NCBI GenBank assembly: GCA_963763535.1
Contig: CAVXOX010000005.1
Location: 479,823-543,822 of the forward strand
DNA length: 64,000 nt
Origin: an uncultured Acidobacteriota bacterium
GTDB taxonomy: Bacteria; Acidobacteriota; Thermoanaerobaculia; UBA5066; Gp7-AA6
Direction: 5' to 3'
Shown here: positions 1 to 8,676 of the stretch, piece after piece
Position numbering within the stretch: the stretch's first letter is position 1
Layout of the letters: each line of letters begins with the position of its first letter
Made by a program: the position numbers and the translations under genes
The notes under the pieces: generated by a model
Database searches by the model: none
What the model was told of the DNA's origin: nothing
Seen by the model: the letters and a program-made list of their open reading frames with translations, nothing else

Positions 1-867
1 CTTCTCGAGGATCGCCGCCATCGCCATCATCGCCTGGATGCGCACGGGCGTACGGCCGGTCTCGAGCGCGCTGGCCAGCGGCGCGAGCGCCTCGGCCGAT
101 CCCAGCAGACCGAGCGCCCGGGCGCACAACGCGGCGCTCTGCGGATCGGGGTCGAAGAGTCCCGCCGCGAGGAGCGTCGCCGACCCGGGATCCGGCCGGC
201 GCGCGAGCGCGTACAGCGCCGCGCCGCGCACCCCGGCGTCGGCGTCGGCCGCGAAGGGCGTCGCGGCCTCGCGAGCCGCCGGGCCGCCGAATCGCCAGAG
301 TCCCCGCAGGCTCGCCGCCCGGCGGGACGGGCTCGAGGCGCTCCGGACCGCGGCCGCGAGCGCCGCGGCCCCGTTCTTCTCGCCGAGCAGGCCGATCGAC
401 CACGCGGCGCGCGCCGCGACCGCATCGTCGGCGTCGGCGAGCAGCGGCTCGAGAGCCCGCGAGAGCGACGCCTCGCCGAGAATACCGGCGGCAAACGCGG
501 CCTCCTCGCGGACGCGGGGCTCCGGGTCGGCGAGGAGCGTTCGCAGCCGCGGGGCGGCCCTCTCGTCGCCGATGCGGCCGAGCGCGAGCGCCGCCCGCGC
601 CCGCACCGCCGCATCCCCGGACCCGGCCGCGCTCTCGACGGCCGGATCGAGGGCGCGTCGGTCCTCGGCGGCCACGAGCGCCGGCTCGAGCTCGGCGAGC
701 GAAGCCTTCGCGGCTGTCGGCGTCGGCGTCGGCGCCGCGAGGGCTCCTGCGGACTCGCTCGGGACCGGCGGCGGCGCGGGCAGAGCGGTCGGGCGTCGCG
801 GGGCCGGGCAACCCGCGGCGACCGCCGCCGCGAGCGCCGCCGCGAGCAGAGCGCCACGGCGCCGCAT
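1..867 (-). CDS. HEAT/PBS-lyase-like repeat protein with N-terminal signal peptide. Start ATG at 867; the 3' end runs off the window.
   Basis: Not in the ORF track because it has no in-window stop. Manual minus-strand translation from 867 gives MRRRGALLAAALAAAVAAGCPAP... and then repeated A/L-rich HEAT-like units (AVRARAALALGRIGDERAAPRL, DAVAARAAWSIGLLGEKNG, RGAALYALARR). The listed ORFs 27..857(-) and 38..937(+) are Arg/Ala-rich off-frames of this gene. Confidence 0.55.
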   Translation of the reverse strand, partial: MRRRGALLAAALAAAVAAGCPAPRRPTALPAPPPVPSESAGALAAPTPTPTAAKASLAELEPALVAAEDRRALDPAVESAAGSGDAAVRARAALALGRIGDERAAPRLRTLLADPEPRVREEAAFAAGILGEASLSRALEPLLADADDAVAARAAWSIGLLGEKNGAAALAAAVRSASSPSRRAASLRGLWRFGGPAAREAATPFAADADAGVRGAALYALARRPDPGSATLLAAGLFDPDPQSAALCARALGLLGSAEALAPLASALETGRTPVRIQAMMAMAAILEK

Positions 868-884
868 GCTTCCCACGAACGCGA

Positions 885-1628
885 CTAGGCCCCGACGAGC
901 AGCCGGTCGCCGAGGATGTGCGGAAGGCCCGCCTTGAAGATCTTGTCGCGAGCGCGATCGGTGGCGTACGGAACGCGGTCGAAGTGAACGACGCCCTCGT
1001 CCGCGTCGTAGATGGCGTAGGAGGCGGCGGCGTTGCGGTCCCGCGGCTGCCCGATCGAGCCGGGGTTGATCAGGTAGCGGCGGTCCTTCTGCAGCCGGTA
1101 TCGCGTGCGGTCGCCCTCGATCAGCTCGACCAGGATCCCGTGCGCCTCGAGCGTGAAGACGGACGGAATGTGGCTGTGGCCGAAGAAGCAGACGGAGCCG
1201 TCCATCTCCCGGAAGGAGAGATAGGCGTCGAAGTCCGTGAAGATGTAGGCGTCCTCGTCGCGCGGCGAACCGTGGCAGATCGTGAACGCGCCGTCCACGA
1301 CCGCCGGGCCGACGGGCAGCTGCTCGAGGAACCGGCGGTTGCGCGGCGTCAGCTTCTCGGTGGTCCAGCGGGCGGCGGAGAGGGCCACCGGGTTGAAGAG
1401 GTCTCCCGACTCGACGCCGCAGACGACCTTGTCGTGGTTGCCGCGGATCATCCGCTTCGGCTTCCGGATCTCCCGCACGCGGTCGATCACCTGGTTCGGG
1501 TTGGCGCCGTAACCGACGAAGTCGCCGAGCACGACCACGCGGTCGAAGCGTTTGCGCCGGACCCTCGAGAGCACCGCCCCGAGCGCGTCGTCGTTCGAAT
1601 GGATGTCGGACAGGATGAGATAGCGCAT
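885..1628 (-). CDS. Metallophosphoesterase (calcineurin-like, YfcE/MJ0936 type)
   Basis: MRYLILSDIHSNDDAL...VVLGDFVGYGANP...RGNHD...GHSH motifs. Confidence 0.85.
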   Translation of the reverse strand: MRYLILSDIHSNDDALGAVLSRVRRKRFDRVVVLGDFVGYGANPNQVIDRVREIRKPKRMIRGNHDKVVCGVESGDLFNPVALSAARWTTEKLTPRNRRFLEQLPVGPAVVDGAFTICHGSPRDEDAYIFTDFDAYLSFREMDGSVCFFGHSHIPSVFTLEAHGILVELIEGDRTRYRLQKDRRYLINPGSIGQPRDRNAAASYAIYDADEGVVHFDRVPYATDRARDKIFKAGLPHILGDRLLVGA

Positions 1629-1645
1629 GCCGGGGGCAGACTCCC

Positions 1646-2791
1646 TTACGTCGGAATTTTGTCGAATTCGTCGAGGGCCACGAGCACCCGATCCGCGGAC
1701 TGCTCGACCGTCTCGTTGGACTCGAGGCGGACGGCCACGGGCGCCATTCTATAGAAGGGAGCCCGCGCGGCGAAGAGGCCCGCGAGTTGCTCGGGATTGA
1801 GGAACAGGGGGCGATCGGTTTTCCCCTTCAGGCGCGCGTGGACGGTGTCGAGCGTCACGTCGAGGAAGACGGCGAGGCCCCGCGCGCCGATCCGCCGGCG
1901 GTTGTCCTCGAGCGTGAAGCAACCACCGCCGGTCGCCACGACCGCCGCGGGCAGCGACTCCGCCGCCGCCAGGAACTCCGACTCGAGGCGCCGAAAGGCC
2001 GGTTCGCCGGACTCCTCGAAGATGGCGCGGACCGTCCGGCCGCTCGTCCGCTCGATCTCGTCGTCGACGTCGACGAAGGGAACGCCGAGCCGCTCGGCCA
2101 CGCGGCGGCCGACCGTGCTCTTGCCGCACCCCATGAAACCGACGAGATAGACCCGCCGCGCCCGCCCGCGCCGCCGCGCCGCGTCGAGCGCCGCTCGCGC
2201 GTTCTCCTCGATGCGACCGCCCGCGTACAGCGCGCCGATCATCGCGGCGGCGTCCGCGCCCGCGTCCCAGACCGCGGGCAGCCGATCGTGCGTGATGCCG
2301 CCGATCGCGACGAGCGGCCGCGTCTTCTTCTCCGCGACGCGGGCGAGGGCGTCGAGCCCGCGCGCGGTCCGCCCGCCCTTGGTCGCGCTCTCGAAGACGG
2401 GACCGAACGCGACGTAGTCGGGCGCGGGGTCGGCGAACGCTTGCGCCGCCGCGTCCGGGTCGTGCGTCGAGACGCCGATCGGCGCCTCCGGGCCGAGGAG
2501 CCGCCGCGCGTCGCCGGCCGGGAGATCCTCCTCGCCGAGGTGGACGCCGGCGCCCGCGAGGCGCGCCACGTCCGCCCGGTCGTTGACGAGGAAGATCGCG
2601 CGCGCGGAACGGCCGAGCGCGGCGATGCCGTCGGCCGCCGCCAGCAGCTCCCGGTCGGGCATCGTCTTCTCGCGGAGCTGCACCGCGCGCACGCCGACGC
2701 GCAGGAGGCGCTCCGCGAGGCGCGTCGGATCCTCGATCCCGCTCGCCGCCCGGTCGGTGAGGGCGTAGACGGGAGGCAAGCTCCGAATCAT
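1646..2791 (-). CDS. Fused thiamine-phosphate synthase (ThiE) and shikimate kinase (AroK) domains
   Basis: N-terminal ~210 aa are ThiE-like (YALTDR..., VQLREK, VAIGGI). The C-terminal ~170 aa carry a P-loop GFMGCGKSTVGRRVAERLGVPFVDVDDEIE plus shikimate-kinase motifs. One uninterrupted ORF. Confidence 0.75.
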   Translation of the reverse strand: MIRSLPPVYALTDRAASGIEDPTRLAERLLRVGVRAVQLREKTMPDRELLAAADGIAALGRSARAIFLVNDRADVARLAGAGVHLGEEDLPAGDARRLLGPEAPIGVSTHDPDAAAQAFADPAPDYVAFGPVFESATKGGRTARGLDALARVAEKKTRPLVAIGGITHDRLPAVWDAGADAAAMIGALYAGGRIEENARAALDAARRRGRARRVYLVGFMGCGKSTVGRRVAERLGVPFVDVDDEIERTSGRTVRAIFEESGEPAFRRLESEFLAAAESLPAAVVATGGGCFTLEDNRRRIGARGLAVFLDVTLDTVHARLKGKTDRPLFLNPEQLAGLFAARAPFYRMAPVAVRLESNETVEQSADRVLVALDEFDKIPT

Positions 2792-2907
2792 GAGGGGAAG
2801 GCTAGCAGCAAGTCCGAACGGGGAATGGCCCGGTGGTGACGTTCCCGCTCATGTCGGCGCGTCGAGCGCCGCTCAAACGCCCCGTCGAGCGCCGCTCAGA
2901 AAACCCG

Positions 2908-4251
2908 TCAGCCCTTCGCGGCGAGCCGCTCCATGAACCGCGTCGACAGCCGCCCCGCGATGAAGTCGGGGTCGTCGAGGATGCGCCGGTGCAGCGGAAT
3001 GGACGTCTTCACGCCCTCGATGACGAAGAAGTCGAGCGCCCGCCGCCCCCGCGAGATCGCCTCGTCGCGGTCCCGCCCCCAGACGATCAGCTTGGCGATG
3101 AGCGAATCGTAGTGCGGCGGGACCAGGTAGCCCTGGTACGCGGCCGTGTCGAGGCGCACGCCGAGGCCGCCGGGCGGATGGAAGGTCGTGATGCGCCCCG
3201 GCGAGGGCGCGAAGGTGACCGGGTCCTCCGCGTTCACGCGGAACTCGATGGCGTGGCCGCGCGGCGCCATGTCGCGCTCCAGGAACGACAGCGGCTCGCC
3301 CGCCGCGACGGCGATCTGCTCCTTCACGAGATCGAGTGCCGTCACCTCCTCGGTGATCGGGTGCTCGACCTGCAGCCGCGTGTTCATCTCCATGAAGTAG
3401 AAGCGGCCGTCCGCGTCGAGCAGGAACTCCACCGTGCCGGCGTTGGTGTATCCGACGGCGCGCGCGGTCGTGGTCGCGGCGTCCCCCATCCGGCGGCGGA
3501 GGGGCTCGTCGAGGACGGTCGACGGCGCTTCCTCGATCAGCTTCTGGTGCCGGCGCTGGATCGAGCACTCGCGCTCGCCGAGGTGGCGGATGTTGCCGCG
3601 GCTGTCGCCGAACACCTGGAACTCGATGTGCCGCGGCTCCTCGAGGTACTTCTCGAGGTACACCTCCGCGTTGCCGAAGGCCTTCTCCGCTTCGGCGCGC
3701 GCCGTCTCGTAGGCGGCGGCCAGGTCCCGCTCGTCGCGGGCGACCCGCATCCCCCGTCCGCCGCCGCCAGCGGACGCCTTCAGGATCACGGGATAGCCGG
3801 CCTTCCCCGCGAAGGCGATGGCTTCGTCCACCGACTCGAGCGGACCCGGCGAGCCGGGCACGGTCGGAACTCCCGCGGCGGCGACCGTGCGCCGCGCGAG
3901 GGCCTTGTCGCCCATCTTCCGGATCGCGTCGGGCGTAGGGCCGATGAACGCGATGTGGCAGTCCTGCAGGATCTCGGCGAAGTAGGCGTTCTCCGAAAGG
4001 AAGCCATAGCCGGGATGGATCGCGTCCGCCTCGGTGATCTCGGCCGCCGAGATGATCGCCGAGATGTTGAGATAGGACGCCGACGACGGGTAGGGCCCGA
4101 TGCAGACGTCCTCGTCGGCATAACGCACGTGCAGAGCGTCGCGGTCGGCCTCGCTGTAGATCGCGACGGTCCGGATCCCGAGCTCGCGGCACGCGGAGAT
4201 GACCCGCAGCGCGATCTCGCCCCGGTTGGCGATCAGAATCTTCTTGAACAT
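2908..4251 (-). CDS. accC: Acetyl-CoA carboxylase biotin carboxylase subunit
   Basis: [26 protein letters not shown]..., ATP-grasp and biotin carboxylase signatures over 447 aa. Confidence 0.95.
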   Translation of the reverse strand: MFKKILIANRGEIALRVISACRELGIRTVAIYSEADRDALHVRYADEDVCIGPYPSSASYLNISAIISAAEITEADAIHPGYGFLSENAYFAEILQDCHIAFIGPTPDAIRKMGDKALARRTVAAAGVPTVPGSPGPLESVDEAIAFAGKAGYPVILKASAGGGGRGMRVARDERDLAAAYETARAEAEKAFGNAEVYLEKYLEEPRHIEFQVFGDSRGNIRHLGERECSIQRRHQKLIEEAPSTVLDEPLRRRMGDAATTTARAVGYTNAGTVEFLLDADGRFYFMEMNTRLQVEHPITEEVTALDLVKEQIAVAAGEPLSFLERDMAPRGHAIEFRVNAEDPVTFAPSPGRITTFHPPGGLGVRLDTAAYQGYLVPPHYDSLIAKLIVWGRDRDEAISRGRRALDFFVIEGVKTSIPLHRRILDDPDFIAGRLSTRFMERLAAKG

Positions 4252-4334
4252 GGAAAGCCGTCAGCTCTCGGCGATCAGCTGTCGGCCGGGGCCAGGGAAC
4301 CGGGACTCGTTTCGGGCTGAGAGCGGACTTCTGC

Positions 4335-4805
4335 TCACGCGGCGAGACGGATGGCAAACAGCTTCTCGCCGTACTCGACCGGCTGGCCGTTGCGGGGATA
4401 GACGGCGACGACCTCGCCGTCGACGTCCGACTCGATCTCGTTCATCAGCTTCATCGACTCGATGATGCACAGCGTCTTCCCCTTGGCGATGCGGGCGCCG
4501 ACTTCGGCGAACGCCTCGGCCTCGGGTGAGGGCGCGCGGTAGAACGTTCCGACGATCGGCGAGGTGATCACGTGCACGTTGTGGTCCTCGGCCGGCGGCA
4601 GACCCGGGGCGGCGGCCGACGGCGACGCGGACGCGTTCGCCGCGCCGAGAAGGGTTTCCGGCCCCGGAGCGGCCGCGCCGTCGGGGCCCGCCGGACGGCG
4701 GCCCTCGATGCGCAGCCGGAACCCGGACTGCTCGATCTCGAGCCCGGACAAGCCGCGCTCGGTCACGAGCTCCACGAGCTCCCGGATCTCCTTCAGCGAG
4801 AACAT
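4335..4805 (-). CDS. accB: Biotin carboxyl carrier protein
   Basis: C-terminal biotinyl domain with the EAMKLMNEI-type motif (IESMKLMNEIE). Confidence 0.9.
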   Translation of the reverse strand: MFSLKEIRELVELVTERGLSGLEIEQSGFRLRIEGRRPAGPDGAAAPGPETLLGAANASASPSAAAPGLPPAEDHNVHVITSPIVGTFYRAPSPEAEAFAEVGARIAKGKTLCIIESMKLMNEIESDVDGEVVAVYPRNGQPVEYGEKLFAIRLAA

Positions 4806-4807
4806 GG

Positions 4808-5170
4808 CTACAGCAGCTCCTTTTCCAGCGTCGCCGCGGCCTTCCGCAGCTCGAACCGGCCGCGCCCGAAGTTGCCATCGCGGGCGAGCAGGAGCAGCAG
4901 ATAATACTCCCCGGTCACCCGGCAGATCAGGGCGGCGGAGCGATCGGAGGCGACGGTCAGCTCCCGCACCCCGGAGTGGTCCGCCAGGGCCTTCGCGACG
5001 TTGGCGGCCTTCACCACGGCGCCCGCCTCGGCGGCCAGGGAATCCATGGGGAGCCCCTCCGCGCTGACGTAGGAATCGATCGCGATCCCGTCGATCCCGA
5101 GGAGCGAGACCGCCCGCGTGCCTTCCACACGTTCGGCGATCCGGCGCAGACTGTCCTGGAAGACGTTCAT
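4808..5170 (-). CDS. Roadblock/LC7 (MglB-like) domain protein
   Basis: 120 aa with the roadblock fold signature (VSLLGIDGIAIDS...ELTVASDRSAALICRV). Lies 2 nt upstream of accB. Confidence 0.7.
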   Translation of the reverse strand: MNVFQDSLRRIAERVEGTRAVSLLGIDGIAIDSYVSAEGLPMDSLAAEAGAVVKAANVAKALADHSGVRELTVASDRSAALICRVTGEYYLLLLLARDGNFGRGRFELRKAAATLEKELL

Positions 5171-5206
5171 GCGTCCCCGGATGATGTCACGGTCGAGGAC
5201 TCCCGA

Positions 5207-6403
5207 TCATCCCGCCTGGACGACGTGCAGCCAGCTCTTGAGCGCCCGGATTTGCGCGAGCCGCCGCTCGAGCCCGACGTCGGGCGCCGCGGCCGCTGGC
5301 GTGGTCGACGCGGGCAGGAGACGCGCCTCCGCGTCCCGCCGCATCCGCTTCAGGTCCTCGTCGAAGGGGTGGCGCGTGACGAGGTCGTCGTAGATCTGGA
5401 GAGCCTCCGCGAAATGGCCCTGGGCGTAGTACAGGTCCGCGAGGGCGCGGCCGGTCGGGCGGACCGGCTCCGCCGTGCCCTCGGAGTTCGCCGGGGGTGC
5501 GGAAAACGACAGCGGGGGCGGCGGCGGCGCGGGCAGGTCCGGGAGCGCCGGGGACGGCTGAGGCGGCGGCGCCTCGGCGGGCTCCGGAGCGGGAGGAACC
5601 GCGACGGTTCCCCCGCCGGGGAAGGCCACGACCGGCGCGAACGCCGCCGGCGCCTCGGCAAGCGCCGGACGCGGCGCCTCGGCCGCCGGAGCCGAGACCG
5701 CCTCGCGCGCCGGCTCGGGTCCGCTCCGGAAGGATGGCGGCGGCGGCGCGAGCGACACGTCGCGGGTCGGGACGAACGGAAACGGGTCCTCGGTATGCGC
5801 ACCGCCGGAGTCCTCTCCGAGCTCGAACGGCAGCGACGTCAGCTCGAAGGCGTCGGACAGCGGCGCCGTCTCGGCCGCGGGAGCCGGCGTCTTCGGCTGC
5901 GCGCGGCGCCGGCTCTTGTCGGTCTCCTGGAACTTCGGCGGGGGCGGCGGCGGCTCGGGAGCGATCTTGCGCGGGATCACCGGTTTCGGCGCGACGAGGG
6001 GCTCGAGCCTGGTGATGACCTCGTCGATCTTCCGGTCGCCGGAGATCGCCCGGTACAGCTTGTACTTCTTCAGCGCCTCGAGGTTGTCGTTGCGGGAGAG
6101 GTGAATGTCCGCGAGCGACTTGGCGGCGACGAGATTCGCGGGGTCGGCGACGAGGACCTTCGTGAACGTGGCGATCGACTCGGTCGCCTGGTTCGCTTCG
6201 AGGTAGGCCCGGCCGAGCGCCACCTGAGCGGCGATGTAACCGGGATGCGCCAGGAGGCCCTTCTGGAGGGCCGAGAGCGCATCGCGAATCCGGCCGACCT
6301 TGCGGTACTCGTCCGCGAGCGAGACGAACAGGCGCGAGCCCGGATCGAGGTCGAGCCGTCTCTCGAGGTCGCGGATTCGGGCTTCAGCCGCCGGATCAGG
6401 CAT
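5207..6403 (-). CDS. TPR-repeat protein with a long Pro/Ala-rich low-complexity linker
   Basis: Clear TPR-like helices at both ends (ALQKGLLAHPGYIAAQVALGRAYL...; YYAQGHFAEALQIYDDLVTRHP) separated by a ~200-aa PPPP/PAP-rich segment. Confidence 0.6.
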   Translation of the reverse strand: MPDPAAEARIRDLERRLDLDPGSRLFVSLADEYRKVGRIRDALSALQKGLLAHPGYIAAQVALGRAYLEANQATESIATFTKVLVADPANLVAAKSLADIHLSRNDNLEALKKYKLYRAISGDRKIDEVITRLEPLVAPKPVIPRKIAPEPPPPPPKFQETDKSRRRAQPKTPAPAAETAPLSDAFELTSLPFELGEDSGGAHTEDPFPFVPTRDVSLAPPPPSFRSGPEPAREAVSAPAAEAPRPALAEAPAAFAPVVAFPGGGTVAVPPAPEPAEAPPPQPSPALPDLPAPPPPPLSFSAPPANSEGTAEPVRPTGRALADLYYAQGHFAEALQIYDDLVTRHPFDEDLKRMRRDAEARLLPASTTPAAAAPDVGLERRLAQIRALKSWLHVVQAG

Positions 6404-6442
6404 GCAGAAAACGCCGCCCCCCGAGGGGGGCGGCGGTCGTTG

Positions 6443-8074
6443 CTAGGGTCCCGCAGTGACGCAGGGAAGGGTGTACTGGAACGCGCCCGTGGCCGTGACC
6501 GTACAGGTGGTCGTCGTGTCCGTCACGGTCACGTCGACCGTCGCCGCCACCTGCGGCGTTCCGGCCGGATTGCCGGTCGTGCAGGTCGGGGCCGCGGCGC
6601 TCGTCGGCGGCGCCGTGACGATCATCTGCGAGGGGGTGCTCGCGGGATCGACGAAGGCCGTCTGGCTCCCGAACTTGACCTGCGCGTTGGCAACGGTGGG
6701 CAGGTTGATGCCCGTGATGGTCACGACCGTGCCGCCCGCCGCGCCGCCGCTGGTGGCCGGGCTCACCCCCGTGATCACCGGCTTCAGCAGGTGATAGGTG
6801 AACGCGCCCGTCGCCGTCGCGGTGTCGCCGGTGTCGATGTTCGTGACCTGGATGTCGCCGTTCAGATCGGCGCACCCGCTGATCAGCGGGGACGCCGGGA
6901 TCACCACGATCTCAGTCGCCGCAACACTCTGGACGATGGCGCCGATGCCGGCGAGAGAGACCGCCACGGGGGCCTGGAAGCCCTGCCCGTAGATCGTCAT
7001 GGGCCCGAGGAACCCGACGGTCTGGGTGTTGTTGCTGAAGGCGGTGATCTGCACCTTCGGCGTGTACGTGAAGTTGACCGAGGCGTTCGAGACGACGCCG
7101 CTGCTGATGTTCTTGACCGTCACGGGTACGGAGGCGTTCAAATTGCCCGCTCCGGCGCCGAACGCCGGCGGCGAGAGCGCGACGACCTGGTTGAACGAGA
7201 CCGAGACGACCGTCGCCTCGACCGCGCCGAAGAAGACCTGGACGCCGCCGGACGAAAAGCCTGAGCCGATGATCGTCACGCGCGTGTTGCCCTCGTTCGT
7301 CCCGGACGAGGGGAGCAGCGCGGAGACGACCGGCGTGCCGGAATCGGCCGCGCCGTAGGAGAAGCAGCTCGGCAGCGAGAGCGTGACCGGATTCGGCGAG
7401 TTCGTGCCGAGAAGTAGCGTGATCGCGGCCTGCGCGCTCGGCGCCGAGACCTCGGGGAAGCCGGGTGTCGTCACGGTGACGGTCGTCGAGGTCACGCCCG
7501 TCACGATGCCGTCCTTCGAGATCCCGTTGACGTTGAAGATCACCCGCGTCGTGGACGGAGTGCCGAAGAAACGGAGACCGTTCAGCGTCAGCGACGTGCC
7601 GCCCGCCAGAGGCCCGAAGCTCGGGCTGCAGAACGAGACCGCGGGCAGCGTGCTCGAGTCGGGCTGGAAGTTGATCGTGATCGTGCCGCTGTTGGTCTTG
7701 CCCTGGATCGTCGCCGTTCCCTTCACGTGGGCGGGGCCCGCGCCGGGGCCGCACAGTGCGGTCACCGCGGTGCCACCGGTCGTCACGATGGAGATCAACG
7801 GCAGACCGTTCTGGCCGAAGGTGCCGAAGTCCGTCGAGAAGTTCACCGTCGAGCCGTCGGGAGCCGGCGCGCCGTTCAACGTGACGAACGCCTCGATGAG
7901 GGTGCAGGTCCCGGCCTTCGGGTTCGCATCGCTCGCCACGAGCTGCACCGCGACGGCGCTCGACGTGACGCCTCCGCCGGCTCCGGGCTTCGGTGCGGTC
8001 GGCGAGTCGGCCGCGCAGGCATGGATGCCGACGACGACCGCGGCGAGAATCAGTGCAATCGCTATGCGGCGCAT
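6443..8074 (-). CDS. Secreted/lipoprotein with tandem IPT/TIG (Ig-like) domains
   Basis: Signal peptide MRRIAIALILAAVVVGIHAC, then repeated T/S/G-rich beta-sandwich units (VTGVSPATSGGAAGGTVVTITGINL, PVVSALLPSSGTNEGNTRVTIIGSGF). Confidence 0.6.
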   Translation of the reverse strand: MRRIAIALILAAVVVGIHACAADSPTAPKPGAGGGVTSSAVAVQLVASDANPKAGTCTLIEAFVTLNGAPAPDGSTVNFSTDFGTFGQNGLPLISIVTTGGTAVTALCGPGAGPAHVKGTATIQGKTNSGTITINFQPDSSTLPAVSFCSPSFGPLAGGTSLTLNGLRFFGTPSTTRVIFNVNGISKDGIVTGVTSTTVTVTTPGFPEVSAPSAQAAITLLLGTNSPNPVTLSLPSCFSYGAADSGTPVVSALLPSSGTNEGNTRVTIIGSGFSSGGVQVFFGAVEATVVSVSFNQVVALSPPAFGAGAGNLNASVPVTVKNISSGVVSNASVNFTYTPKVQITAFSNNTQTVGFLGPMTIYGQGFQAPVAVSLAGIGAIVQSVAATEIVVIPASPLISGCADLNGDIQVTNIDTGDTATATGAFTYHLLKPVITGVSPATSGGAAGGTVVTITGINLPTVANAQVKFGSQTAFVDPASTPSQMIVTAPPTSAAAPTCTTGNPAGTPQVAATVDVTVTDTTTTCTVTATGAFQYTLPCVTAGP

Positions 8075-8084
8075 GGGTTCCCCC

Positions 8085-8663
8085 TTACCTCGCGGCTCTC
8101 GCCGGTGCAGCGGCGGCGTACTGGAAGAGCAGGATCCCGCTGGCCGTGTCGCTCTGGACCCGCTTGCCTGAAACCGTCTGACCGAAGAACGTGATGTTGA
8201 ATTTCATGTCGATCTCGGCGTTGCCCGTTTGCCGGTCGATGCCTCCGTTGAACGGGAAGAGCTGATCGAAGGGCGACTGCGAGAGTGCCGACGCATAGAG
8301 CACCGGGAAGTTCGAGAGCGCCGCACTCCCGTCGTGCGGAACGAGCACGCCGCAGCCGAACGTCTGCGGAGGGGGAACCAGCGTCCCGCCGTCCGTCCGC
8401 GTGAACGTGACGGTGTACTGGTTGACCTGCACGTCCGAGAAGCCCTGCGTGTCCAACGACGTGGGGTCCTTTGGGTGCGACTGCAGCGTCATCGTGTCGA
8501 TCTGCACCGGCGCGGGCACCGCGACGTTGACGAACCCCGGCTGCAGGTCGATGCTGACGGTGATGAACACGGGGGACTCCGTCGTCCCCTGCGAGTTCGA
8601 GCAGCCGCCGGCCAGGACCAGCGCCGCCAGGGCCATGCAACCGAACAGGAATGCTTTTCTCAT
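8085..8663 (-). CDS. Small lipoprotein, function unknown
   Basis: MRKAFLFGCMALAALVLAGGC lipobox. Lies between pilQ and the IPT/TIG gene on the same strand. I recognise no domain. Confidence 0.5.
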   Translation of the reverse strand: MRKAFLFGCMALAALVLAGGCSNSQGTTESPVFITVSIDLQPGFVNVAVPAPVQIDTMTLQSHPKDPTSLDTQGFSDVQVNQYTVTFTRTDGGTLVPPPQTFGCGVLVPHDGSAALSNFPVLYASALSQSPFDQLFPFNGGIDRQTGNAEIDMKFNITFFGQTVSGKRVQSDTASGILLFQYAAAAPARAAR

Positions 8664-8676
8664 GAGACCTTCTCCC

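Noticed and set aside
27-937. ORFs 27..857(-) and 38..937(+), 276 and 299 aa, Arg- or Ala/Ser-rich
   Set aside because: Both are off-frame shadows of the real minus-strand HEAT-repeat gene (1..867). Their composition (RRRSRR…, ASASA…) is the typical high-GC wrong-frame signature.
2833-4357. ORFs 2833..4320(+) and 2873..4357(-), ~495 aa each
   Set aside because: They completely overlap accC (2908..4251), which has unambiguous biotin-carboxylase homology. Both are Arg/Gly/Asp-rich with no domain.
4976-7264. 762-aa plus-strand ORF and several 100-200-aa Arg-rich ORFs across 4199-6875
   Set aside because: Antisense or off-frame to the roadblock, TPR and IPT/TIG genes. Low-complexity R/G/D composition.
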